Shown here piece by piece: positions 24,993 to 36,506 of a DNA stretch of 64,000 nucleotides (positions are counted from its first letter, which is position 1; the number at the start of each line of letters is the position of its first letter). The notes below the pieces were generated by a model. That model was given only the letters and a program-made list of their open reading frames with translations. It searched no databases and was not told the DNA's origin. The stretch comes from Squalus acanthias (Eukaryota), in NCBI GenBank assembly GCA_030390025.1, contig JASTWF010000336.1:434001-498000 (forward strand), in the 5' to 3' direction. The translations under genes were made by a program, and so were the position numbers.

Positions 24993-27900
24993 TGAGATAC
25001 AGAGTAAAACCCACCCTTGCACACGAAAGACTAACAGATACAGAGTAAAACCCACACACATATTCCAGAGTATAGCAGATATAGAGTAAAACCCACATTC
25101 ACATCAAAGAGTATGACAGATACAGAGTAAAACACACACTCACATCCCAGAGTATGACAGATAGTGTAAAACCCGCACACACATCCCAGAGTATGACAGA
25201 TACAGAGTAAAACAAACACTCACATCCCAGAGTATGACAGATACAGAGTAAAACAAACACTCACATCCCAGAGTATGACAGATACAGAGTAAAACCCACC
25301 CTCACACACCAGAGACTAACAGATACAGAGTAACATTCACACTCACATCCCAGAAACTAGCAGGTACTGATTCCAATCCTCACACATATAACAGTAACTA
25401 AAATGTACATAATACAACCCACTCGCACATACAAGAAACCAAAAGGTGCAGAATAAAGCCCATCCTCACAAACCAGACACTGACAGGTACAAAGAAAAAC
25501 GCACACTCAGATATCAGAGACTGACAGATACAGAATAAACTCACACTCACTCACCAATGACTGACTGATACAGAAGAAACCCACACTCGCATACCAGAAG
25601 CTGACAGGTACATAATAAAATCCACCTTTGCATACAGAAACAGAAGATAGTGAAAAAGACACTCACATAGCAGAGACTGACAGATAAAGACTAAAACCCA
25701 CACTCACGCACCAGAACTTAGATTCAGAGTAAACCCTCTCTTCCATAGCAGAAATTGACAGGTAGAAAGGAAAACACACACTCATGTATCAGAAACTGAC
25801 TGGTACTGAGTAAAACCAGTAATAGCATACCAAAGACCGATGGGTACAGAATAGAACCCACATTCACAAACCAGAGACTGATTGATGCACAGTAAAACTC
25901 ACAATCACATATCACAAACAGCCAGTTATAGCATAAAACCCACACTCACATGTCAGACACTGATAGATAGAGAATAAAAAATGCATTCAAATACCATACA
26001 CAGACAGACACAGACTAAAACCCACATTCACAAACCACAAACTGACAGATACAGAATAAAACCCACTCTCACAGAACAGAAATTGAAAGATGCAGAATAA
26101 AACCCAAAATTCACATATCAGAAACTGACAGTCACAGAGTAAAACCCACACTCTCATCAGAGACTGACAGGTACAGGGTAAAACCCACATTCATGTACCT
26201 GAGACTGACAGGTACAGATTGAATCAGAGGGTGACAGACACAGAATGAATCCCACACTCCCATACAGTACCAGAAAATGATACACACAATGAATCCCACA
26301 CTGGCACTGATAATTAAAGACTGACTGGTACAGAATGAATCTCACTCTCACACATAATCCAGAGACTGACAGAGAATGTAAAGTACTAGACACTCACAAA
26401 TAAAGAATCAATCACACAATGACAAGAGTATCAGAGTCAGACATACAGAATGATTCTCACTCTCGCACACAGTACCGGAGACTGAGAGGCACAGCATTAA
26501 TCTAAATCTCACATAGAGCACCAGAGACTGACAGATACAGAATTAATCTATCTCTCACATACAGTATCAGAGACTGACAGACCCAGAATTAATCTATCTC
26601 TCACATACAGTATCAGAGACTGACAGACCCAGAATTAATCTATTTCTCACATACAATATCAGAGACTGACAGACCCAGAATTAATCTATCTCTCACATAC
26701 ATTATCAGAGACTAACAGACCCAGAATTAATCTATCTCTCACATACATTATCAGAGACTGACAGACACAGAATTAATCTATCTCTCACATACAGTATCAG
26801 AGACCGACAGATACAGAATTAATCCCACACTTACATACAACACCAGGGACTGATAGATACTGAATTAATCTAACTCTCACATGAACGCACCTCATTGTCA
26901 CATACAGTACCAGAGACCGACAAATCCAGAATTAACCACACACTGACAAAGAGTATCAAAGTCTGAGAGATAAAGATTGGATCTAACTCTCACATAGCGT
27001 TCCAGAGACTGACAGAGAGAGAATGAATCTCACACTAATACAAAGTATCAGAGACAGACAGGTACAGAATGAATCCCACACTCATATACAGTACCAGATA
27101 GTGACAGAGACTGAATTAAACTAACTCTCACATACAGTATCATAGGCTGACAGGTACAGAATAAATCACACGCTGACAAAGAGTATCAAAGTCTGAGAGA
27201 TAAAGATTGGATATAACTCTCACATACAGTACCAGAGATTAACAGAGCCAGAATTAATCTATCTCTCACATAAGATATCAGAGGCTGACAGATATAGAAT
27301 GATTCCCAAATTCTCATGCCATGCCAGAAACTGACTGATATAGAATACATCTCATTCTCACATACAATATCAGAGACTGACAGATGCAGAATGAACCCCG
27401 CACTTACATACAACACCAGAGAATGACAGATACTGAATTAATCTAAATCTCACATACAGAATCATAGACTGACAGACAGAGAATGAATCTCACACTAACT
27501 TAGTGACAGGGCCTGACAGACATAGAATAAATCCCACACTCACATACAGTACCAGAAAATGAGAGAGACAAAATGAATTCCACTCTGATACAGAGTATTA
27601 AAGACTGACTGATACAGAATGAATCTGAATCTCACACATAACACCAGAGACTGACAGATACAGAATGTATCTCACTGTCACATAGAGTATCAGACACTGA
27701 CTAATACATAATCAATCCCACACTGACACAGATTATCAGAGACTGACAGATACAGAATAAATCTCACGCTCACATATGGTTTCAGAGACTGACAGATACA
27801 CAGAATGAATCTCACACTCACATACAGTTCCAGATAGTGACAGAGACAGAATTAAACTAACTCTCACATATAGTATCAGAGACTGACAGGTACAGAATAA

Positions 27901-28719
27901 ATCCCAAACTCACATGCCATACCAGGAACTGATAGATATAGAATAAATCTCAATTTCACACACACTATCACAGATTGGCAGAGAGAGAGAATGACAGAGT
28001 ATCAGAGGGTGACAGACACAGAATTAATACACTCGTATACAGTACCAGAAAATGAAAGAGACAAAATTAACCCCACATTAAAGACTGATTGGTACAGAAT
28101 GAATCTCACTTTCACATACAGCACCAGAGATTGACAGATATATAATTACTCTAACATACACCTACAGAACATAGACTGACAGACAGAGAATCTTTCTCAC
28201 ACTGACACAGAGTATCAGAGTCCCTGACAGATACAGAATGAGTACACAATTACATGCAGTTCAATTGATTTACAGATAGATTCAGACCCACACTCACTAG
28301 CAGAGATGGAATGAATCTCAAACTATCAAGTACCAGAGACTGATAGATACAGTATGAATGCTACCATCATAAACCGAGTGAGTAGCAGATTCATGCGGAA
28401 TCTGTCGCTGAAATACAGTACCAGAGACAGACAGATTCAGAACTAATCAGACACTGACATATAGTACCAGAGAATGACAGATTCAGGATGAATCCCAACA
28501 CTTGACACACGGTACCAGAGTCTGACGGATACAGATGGAATCCCACCCTGAGACGTGGTACCAGTGACGGACAGGAAACGAATGGATCCCACACTCTCAG
28601 AATGTAACAGAGACTGAGATTGAGAATGATTCCCACACTGACATAAATCACCAGAGACTGAGTGATATAGAACTATTCCCACACACACAGTACTGGAGAC
28701 TGACAGATACTGAACTAAT

Positions 28720-28835
28720 GTGGCGGGGACCACACCGCAAGGCGTGAAGATAGTGCACTGGTTGGAGGAAGTACATCTAAATTGCTGTCTCGTCCGCAAG
28801 GAGTACTTGGGACCCTGGATAATGGTCTGGGAAAT
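28720..28835 (-). mobile_element. Highly degenerate Penelope GIY-YIG fragment (tentative)
   Basis: Translation TIIQGPKYSLRTRQQFRCTSSN resembles the region preceding the GIY motif in fish Penelope elements. Confidence 0.35.
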
Positions 28836-28911
28836 GGGGAGATGATGCTCTCTCTGCTCTTGGAATGACTTTTCTGACGACAGGGGGCGCGCTGGTGGCA
28901 AGCACTAAGTC

Positions 28912-29047
28912 TGATTGGATACATAAAGAAGCCAATCAGAGAGATGCAGAAAAATGGAAATTTGACATCACTCCTAACCAGCCAATCAATATCATTGCCT
29001 TCACCAATCCCTCATTAGCATAGGGCTGTGGGGGCAGCCGATTTAAG
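28912..29047 (+). promoter_or_regulatory. H2B promoter: several CCAAT boxes, TGACATCA CRE-like site, octamer variant ATTAGCAT (29014-29021), TATA-like TTTAAG
   Basis: Motif order matches vertebrate H2B promoters. Confidence 0.7.
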
Positions 29048-29097
29048 CCGAGAACGGACGGGTTCGCGTCATTTTGTGTCTCAAATCGAGCTTGAGA

Positions 29098-29475
29098 ATG
29101 GTTGACGAAAAGAAGAAACCAGTTGCCAAGAAGGGCGCCAAGAAAACCGTCACTAAACCAGCAGCGAAGGGCGGCAAGAAGCGCAGAAAGTCGAGGAAGG
29201 AGAGTTACTCCATCTACATCTACAAAGTGATGAAGCAGGTTCACCCCGACACCGGCATCTCCTCCAAGGCCATGAGCATCATGAACTCGTTTGTGAACGA
29301 TATTTTCGAGCGCATCGCGGGTGAGGCTTCCCGCCTGGCCCATTACAACAAGCGGCACACCATCAGCTCCCGGGAGATCCAGACCGCCGTGCGCCTGCTG
29401 CTGCCCGGGGAGCTGGCCAAGCACGCCGTGTCGGAAGGGACAAAGGCGGTGACCAAATACACCAGCTCCAAGTAA
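29098..29475 (+). CDS. H2B: Histone H2B (125 aa)
   Basis: [13 protein letters not shown]...[26 protein letters not shown]...[10 protein letters not shown]; 3' stem-loop. Confidence 0.97.
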   Translation: MVDEKKKPVAKKGAKKTVTKPAAKGGKKRRKSRKESYSIYIYKVMKQVHPDTGISSKAMSIMNSFVNDIFERIAGEASRLAHYNKRHTISSREIQTAVRLLLPGELAKHAVSEGTKAVTKYTSSK

Positions 29476-29502
29476 AACTCCACGCTGTCCTCAAAACAAA
29501 AC

Positions 29503-29518
29503 GGCTCTTTTAAGAGCC
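29503..29518 (+). terminator. Histone mRNA 3' stem-loop (H2B)
   Basis: GGCTCTTTTAAGAGCC-ACCCA, HDE GAAAGAG. Confidence 0.95.
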
Positions 29519-30298
29519 ACCCACAACCTCTTTGAAAGAGTGACACAAATGCATCTCCGTTTAGAATCGCTGTACTGTTATTGTTTTCTTGACAAGTGTG
29601 TTTTTGAAGGTTTGACGCTCCAGCTGTTCAAGACCTTTTCAATGTTTTTTAATGCCTGTTGAGTCAATCCGTTTATTAACCCGAGACCTCCTGCGGTATA
29701 ACAACCCAGAATGGGACTTCTTACACAGACCAGAACGGGGACAGTTTGAACACTGTCCCTCTTTTTTCTCAGAAGGACTCCCAGTTCTGGTTTCACTCCC
29801 GCAGCAGCGCCTGTGCAAATGATCGATCGATAATCTGTGAAACCTCACTTTTACAGAGATTGAGCTGGAATGTGTCCTGTTACAGAATCAATGGGGATCG
29901 CTTCCCGCCCGTTTGAAATTGAACCCGAAATTAATCCTGATTGTAACAGCCTTGAATTAGCAAGGGAGAGATGAAATAAGAAAAGGAATAAAAAAAAATG
30001 TTCGGAATTCTTTGGCTAATTAATGGTGAATTTATTAACTTAATTCGCTCGTTTCGGAAAATATTGGCGGGCTTTTTGAAATTAAAAAATCGTTGGCGGT
30101 CTGACTGAAGGACAGTTATTTCCGCCCTCTTTTCATTGGCGGGAGAAGCAGACTGTGATTGGTCACCGGAAAACACCAATGAAATTCACCACAGAGCGAC
30201 CAATCACAAGCTCACTCCCTGCATTCCTCCAGATGGTATAAGTAGGGCAGATGTGGGAGGAGATTCTCATTCTTACTGTGACCGTGTGCATTGTGGAA

Positions 30299-30687
<389 letters not shown>

Positions 30688-30717
30688 AGCGGACAAGATT
30701 CAATCTAATAACCCAAA

Positions 30718-30733
30718 GGCTCTTTTCAGAGCC
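30718..30733 (+). terminator. Histone mRNA 3' stem-loop (H2A)
   Basis: GGCTCTTTTCAGAGCC-ACCCA. Confidence 0.95.
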
Positions 30734-31477
30734 ACCCACTGTATCTGAGAAAGGGCTGGCCACTGTCTGAAGAAAATGATCCATTGATCACAATTACCTC
30801 ATCTGATTAAATATATTAGATCCCTGCTGATAAAGTGCGAGTTTCCTGATCTGTAATGGCCCTCAGTGTGCCGGTTATAAACAATTCCAGTCTGTAGAGG
30901 AAGAGAAGGTAAAACGACACCAATCTATTCAGCATTGACAGAATCCCAGCACCAATTGGTCCGATCACGTTATTGATCAAACTAAGAGAACTACAGGATG
31001 GCGGAAAACAATTAAACACAATATTCTGTGTAACTGTTGCAAACACAATCCCATCCCCGAATCTATTCAGTCCCACACTGATCCCAGTTAAATTCATTGA
31101 ACCCACACTGGGCCTGTCACCGGCCAGCCGGTCCCTGAATCTATCCAGTCCCACATTGAATCCCAGTTCCAGTTACATCCATTGTAGGACTAGTCCCCGG
31201 TCAAGAGCTGCTCAGATCGGCATTTGGCGCATTTTCCCGGACCAAAAGTTGTCTGTTTTTTGGCCGATTTCCACGGGCTCTGCCGCCACGCCGCACTCCG
31301 GGTTAGACTTGGGGAGATTTGAGACCCGGGAAAGGCATCTGATGCCTTCAACACCGGTGTAAGTTCATTGAACTATTGGGCGCCTCTTGTCAGCTGGATT
31401 CAGGGAACTAAAAGTGTCCTTGAATGGTTCTGTAGGGGTTGTGGTTGATTATGCTATGGTAATTATTGTGTTTAATG

Positions 31478-31843
31478 TTTAAAATCATGAGGGGTCCAGA
31501 CAGAGTGTAATAGAGAGAAACTGTTCCCATTGGCGTAAGGGTGGAGAACCAGAGGACACAGATTTAAGGCGATTGGCAGAAGATCCAAAGGCGACATGAG
31601 GAAAAACTGTTTTACACAGCGAGTGGTTAGGATCTGGAATGTACTGCCTGCCGGCGAGGTGGAGGCAGACTCAATCGTAACTTTCAAAACGGAATTGGAT
31701 AAGAACCTGAAGGAAAATAATTGCAGGGCTGCGGAGAAAGGGCGGGGGAGTGGGACTAGCTGAAGTGATCTCGCAGAGAGCCGGCACGGGCTCGACGGGC
31801 CGAATGGCCTCCTACTGCGCTGTCACCAGTCTATGATTCTATA
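31478..31843 (+). mobile_element. CR1 LINE 3' fragment
   Basis: RTRGH...FTQRVVRIWN remnant and CR1 3' UTR. Confidence 0.8.
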
Positions 31844-32205
31844 ATAGATTTGAAGTGCAGCGGGACACATTTAATGAATTTTAATTATATTGTCCGGCTA
31901 TTGCTTTTCTAGAAATCCCGGAATATCAATCCTTGATTATCAGGATTTATCTGAATTTGTGTGAAGTATGGTGAAGATTTTAAAGAGGATTGTAACTTCA
32001 ACTTGGAGAGGTTGCTGGAAGCTCAGAGCCCTTTCTCTCTTTCACTCTGGATCTGTCTCCTCCCTTCCCGCTCTCTGCTCTGTCTCTCATTCAAATTCCC
32101 TCCCGTCCGCCTCACGCACAGTCTGCTTTTCTCAGCCAGGTCCGCTCAGGCTGCATAAATAAAGCTGCAAGGCAAGAGATTCTCATTTAGCGACGATTTG
32201 AGTGA

Positions 32206-32526
<321 letters not shown>

Positions 32527-32560
32527 ACAACTCGACTCTTTCTACCAAACACAACACAAA

Positions 32561-32576
32561 GGCTCTTTTAAGAGCC
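32561..32576 (+). terminator. Histone mRNA 3' stem-loop (H4)
   Basis: GGCTCTTTTAAGAGCC-ACCCA. Confidence 0.95.
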
Positions 32577-32741
32577 ACCCACCGCCTCACAGAGAGAGCA
32601 GTCACCTGGGAACGAGGATAGATAGTTCATTTACATTGTATTCGATGTAAATCTATATTTTACTCTCAAGATTTATATCTTAGTGTGGAGGTGTTTTAAA
32701 CAAGCATAGGTACGATGGGCCGAATGGCCTTTATTCATATA

Positions 32742-33110
32742 CTCGTAGAAATTTACGGCACAGAAGGAGGCCATCGTGTCTGTCGGCCAAAAAATATCTA
32801 TCCAGCCTCGGCCCACTTTCAAACACTTGTTCCGTAGCCTTGCAGTTTACGGCACTTCAACCGCATATCCAAGTACTTTTTTGAATGCGATGAGGGTTTT
32901 TGCCTCTACCAGCCTTTCAGGCAGTGAGTTCCAGACCCCCAACCACCCATTGGGATTAAAAAATTCTTCTCAACTCTCCTCCAATCCTTCCGGCAATTAC
33001 TTTAAATCTCCGCCCCCTGGTTATTGACCTCTCTGCTAAGGGAAATGGGTCCTTCCTATCCACTCTATCTAGGCCCATCATATACACCTCAATCAAGTCT
33101 CCCCTCGGAC
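32742..33110 (-). mobile_element. CR1 LINE 3' fragment
   Basis: Reverse complement resembles 24615-24990. Confidence 0.75.
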
Positions 33111-33191
33111 CCCTGAAATACTGAATCGTTCTGTGATTATAAAAAGGACGATGGTCGGAATGAATAATTCGATTAAATTAATGCTGTGCTT

Positions 33192-33334
33192 TCCTCTCAA
33201 AAGAGCCGTTGCTTTGTTTTATGCTTTTTCAGTGCGTTGTGAAATTTATTTGCAATGGCCACCGGCATTGTCCCTTCCGACACGGCGTGCTTGGCCAGCT
33301 CCCCGGGCAGCTCCAGACTCACTGCGGTCTGAAT
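33192..33334 (-). pseudogene. H2B C-terminal relic with decayed stem-loop
   Basis: [37 protein letters not shown] at 33193-33207. Confidence 0.8.
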
Positions 33335-33577
33335 GTGTGGAACACAATCCGCAAACTCCAAACTATTGGACTTTGGTGCCATCTCCTGGCCGCCAGTCAG
33401 TAGTGCAACAAGATAACCCTTCATCAGCAACTATTTTAAATTGGAGAGAAATAACCTGAACACCTTGTTTACGTTCAAATTAAGATGATTGCAAAGTGTT
33501 TTACTCGTCCTGACTGACGCTCCAAAGACCCATGGCGTGTGATCTGTAAATACAGAGGCTTACATTTTAAAATTAGA

Positions 33578-33650
33578 GCGATGGTGGTACACTGGAGAAC
33601 ACAGCTGCCCTTCGTAGCGACTTGATTCGGGTTCGATTCGTGGCTTCGCA
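33578..33650 (+). pseudogene. tRNA-Gly-derived pseudogene
   Basis: GCGATGGTGGTA...GCTGCC...GGTTCGATTC...TCGCA is colinear with the tRNA at 35435, but its stems are broken. Confidence 0.7.
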
Positions 33651-33714
33651 ACCAAGCTCATATTAATACAGTTTAGGTCACACTATCGGAGTTTAGTGCC
33701 TTCCAGTAAATTTT

Positions 33715-35130
33715 CCAGTACTGTTTAAGAAAGGAGGGAGAGAGAAGACGGTGAACTACAGACCAGTTAGCTTGACATCAGTAGTATGGAAAATTTTAGA
33801 ATCTATAATTAAGGACGTTGTAACAGGGCACTTAGAAAATAATAATAGCATTGGTCAGAGTCAACACGGATTTATGAAAGGGAAATCGTGTTTGACAAAT
33901 CTGTTAGAGATTTTGAGTTTGTAACAGCAGAATAGATAAGGGGGAACCAGTGGATGTGGTGTATTTGGAGTTTCTGAAGCCATTCGATAAGGTGTGACAC
34001 AAGAGGTTATTAAACAAAGTTAGGGCTCATGGAATTGGAGGTAATATACTAGCATGGATTGAGGATTGGTTAACAGACAAAAAACAGAGTAGGAATAAAC
34101 TGGTCATTTTCGGGTTGGCAGGCTGTAACTAGTGGGGTACTGCAAGGATCAGTGCTTGGGCCTCAGCTATTCACAATCTACATCAATGATTTGGATGAGG
34201 GGACCAAACGTAATATATCCAAGTTTGCTGATGATACAAATCTGGGTGGGAATGTAAGTTGTGAGGAGGATGCAAGGAGGCTTCAAGGGGATATAGACAG
34301 GTTAAGTGAACGGGCAAGAACGTGGCAAATGGAATATAGCGTGGAGAAATGTGAAGTTATCCACTTTGGTAGGAAAAATAGAAAATCAGAGTATTTTTTA
34401 AATGGTGAGAGATTGGGAAATGTTGGTGCTCAGAGGGACCTGGGTGTTCTTGTACACGAATCACTGAAAGTTAACATGCAGGTACATCAAGCAATTAGGA
34501 AAGCAAATGGGATGTTGGCCTTTATTAGTATAAGAGTAAAGACGTCTTACTGCAATTATATAGGGCCCTGGTGAGACAGAAACTGGAGTATTGTTTACAG
34601 TTTTGGTCTCCTTACCTAAGGAAGGATATACTTGCCATAGATGGAGTGCAACGAAGGTTCACCAGACTGCTCCTGGGATTGGGAGAAAGATTTAGTAGAC
34701 TAGGCCTATATTCTCTATAGTTTAGAAGAATGAAGGGTGATCTCATTGAAATGTATAACATTCTTACAGGGCTTGATAGGGTAGATGCAGGGAGGATGCT
34801 TCCCCTGGCTGGGGAGTCCAGAACCAGGGGTCACAGTCTCAGGATAAGGGGTTGGCCATTTAGGATTGAGATGGGAAGAAATTTCTTCACTCAGAGGGTG
34901 GTGAATCTTTGGAATTCTCTACCCAAGAGGGCTGTGGAGGGTCTGTCATTGAGTATATTGAAGACAAAGATTGATAGATGTTTGAATATTAAGGGAATCA
35001 AGGGATATGGGGATAGTTCAGGAAAGTGGAGATGAGGTAAAAGATCAGCCATGATCTTATTGCATGACAGAGCAGGCTCGATGGGCCAAATGGCCTACTC
35101 CTGCTCCTATTTCTTATATTCTTATGTTCT
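33715..35130 (+). mobile_element. CR1 LINE RT/3' fragment, degenerate
   Basis: NYRPVSLTS, FADD and RNFFTQRVV remnants plus tail. Confidence 0.9.
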
Positions 35131-35434
35131 AAATGCCATTTCTCTAAAATTTACAAAACACAATCATCATCCATTTGCTCCTCCCATGAACCTGATTTTC
35201 AACTATTTTTTGTGTATAACTGTTTTTAAACTATAAAGGGCTTTAAAATATTAAATGGGGTGACGGTTCAGTCGAAGCAAGTTAACTATTCACAGTGGCC
35301 ATTTTTAATTGGAGGGAAGGTGCCTCAGTATAGTGCTTACGTACTGATTAAAATGATTGCTGAGTATCTTATTTGTCCCGCTTAGGATCCGAAACAAGTA
35401 GTTAGTCTGTAAATATAAAAACATTAACATCTGA

Positions 35435-35506
35435 GCGATGGTGGTATAGTGGTGAGCATAGCTGCCTTCCAAGCAGTTGACCCGGGTTCGATTCCCGGCC
35501 ATCGCA
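35435..35506 (+). tRNA. tRNA-Gly-TCC: tRNA-Gly (anticodon TCC)
   Basis: 72-nt cloverleaf GCGATGG...GCTGC-CTTCCAA-GCAGT...GGTTCGATTCC...CCATCGCA; TTTT Pol III terminator at 35517-35520. Confidence 0.95.
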
Positions 35507-35563
35507 ACCGCGGTACTTTTATATACCCCTCACTGGTCAGAACTGATTTATGGTGCCTGTGTC

Positions 35564-35935
35564 GGCTGTGGCTCACTCGCCTCTGAGTCAGAAGGTTGTG
35601 GGTTCAAGTCCCACTCCAGGGACCGTAACACAAAGCGAGGCTGACACTCCAGAGCTGTGCTGAGGGAGTGCTGCACTGTCGGAGGTGCTGTCTTTCGGAC
35701 CGAGGCCCCGTCTGCTCTCTCAGGTGTACGTAAAAGATCCCATGGCACTATTCCGAAGAAGAGCAGGGGAGTCATCAACCAATATAACAAAAACAGATGA
35801 TCTGGTCATTATCACATTGCTGTTTGTGGGAGCTTGCTGTGCGCAAATTGGCTGCCGCATCTCCCACGTTACAACAGTGACTCCACTCAACAAAATAATA
35901 CTTAATTGGCTGTAAAGCGTTTTGAGATGTCCGGC
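35564..35935 (+). mobile_element. tRNA-headed DeuSINE (SacSINE1/AmnSINE1-like)
   Basis: B box GGTTCAAGTCC; Deu-like core GTGCTGCACTGTCGGAGGTG...AAAGATCCCATGGCACT; L2-like tail TGTAAAGCG. Confidence 0.75.
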
Positions 35936-36506
35936 AGCAGGATTGTATAACAAAATAATTGCCTCTGCCATTTCTAAATTACAATTGACAAAAAACTTTC
36001 ATCATCTCCCATAGAATGAAAAAGGACTTTAAACTAATAAATCTGTTCTCAGTCAGAAACAGTAGTAAAAATGGTAGTTAGATACACAAAAAAGGGAGAA
36101 GAGCAGAGTTCAGGTCACAAACAGTGCTGTGGATACTCCAGGGGAAGGTAATACTAAAATAATTACTGTATTTAAAGCAGCAGTTACAAATAAGAAACGT
36201 GTTAAATCAGACGGTCTGATAAAGGCAGCATCAGGGCAGAAGGACAGGTGAGGGTCTCTTTTTTTATTGGTCGTTCTCCTGCATTGTAACTACCCAGAAT
36301 GGGAGTTCTTACAGAGACCAGAACCGGGACAGTTTGAACACTCTGTCCCTCTTCTCTTTTCTCAGAAGGACTCCCAGTTCTGGCTTCACTCCCGCAGCAG
36401 CGCCTGTGCAAAGGATCGATCGATAATCTGTGAAACCTCACTTTTACAAAGATTGAGCTGGAATGTGTCCCGTTACAGAATCAATGGGGATCGATTACCG
36501 CCTGTT

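Larger units (their letters stand above)
17340..28718. repeat. Degenerate A/C-rich minisatellite domain (41-bp and 46-bp units) interrupted by CR1 and Penelope insertions
   Basis: 41-bp unit CTCACATACCAGAGACTGTCAGATACAGAGTGAAACTCACA (period 18171->18212); 46-bp unit TCTCACATACAGTATCAGAGACTGACAGACCCAGAATTAATCTATC (period 26551->26597). Confidence 0.9.

Noticed and set aside
19062..28651. Many short Cys/Val/Phe-rich minus-strand ORFs
   Set aside because: Translations of the TG-rich strand of the satellite; no consistent frame
31180..31400. Unexplained GC-rich stretch between H2A and H4
   Set aside because: No ORF, terminal repeats, TSD or RNA motif that I can support
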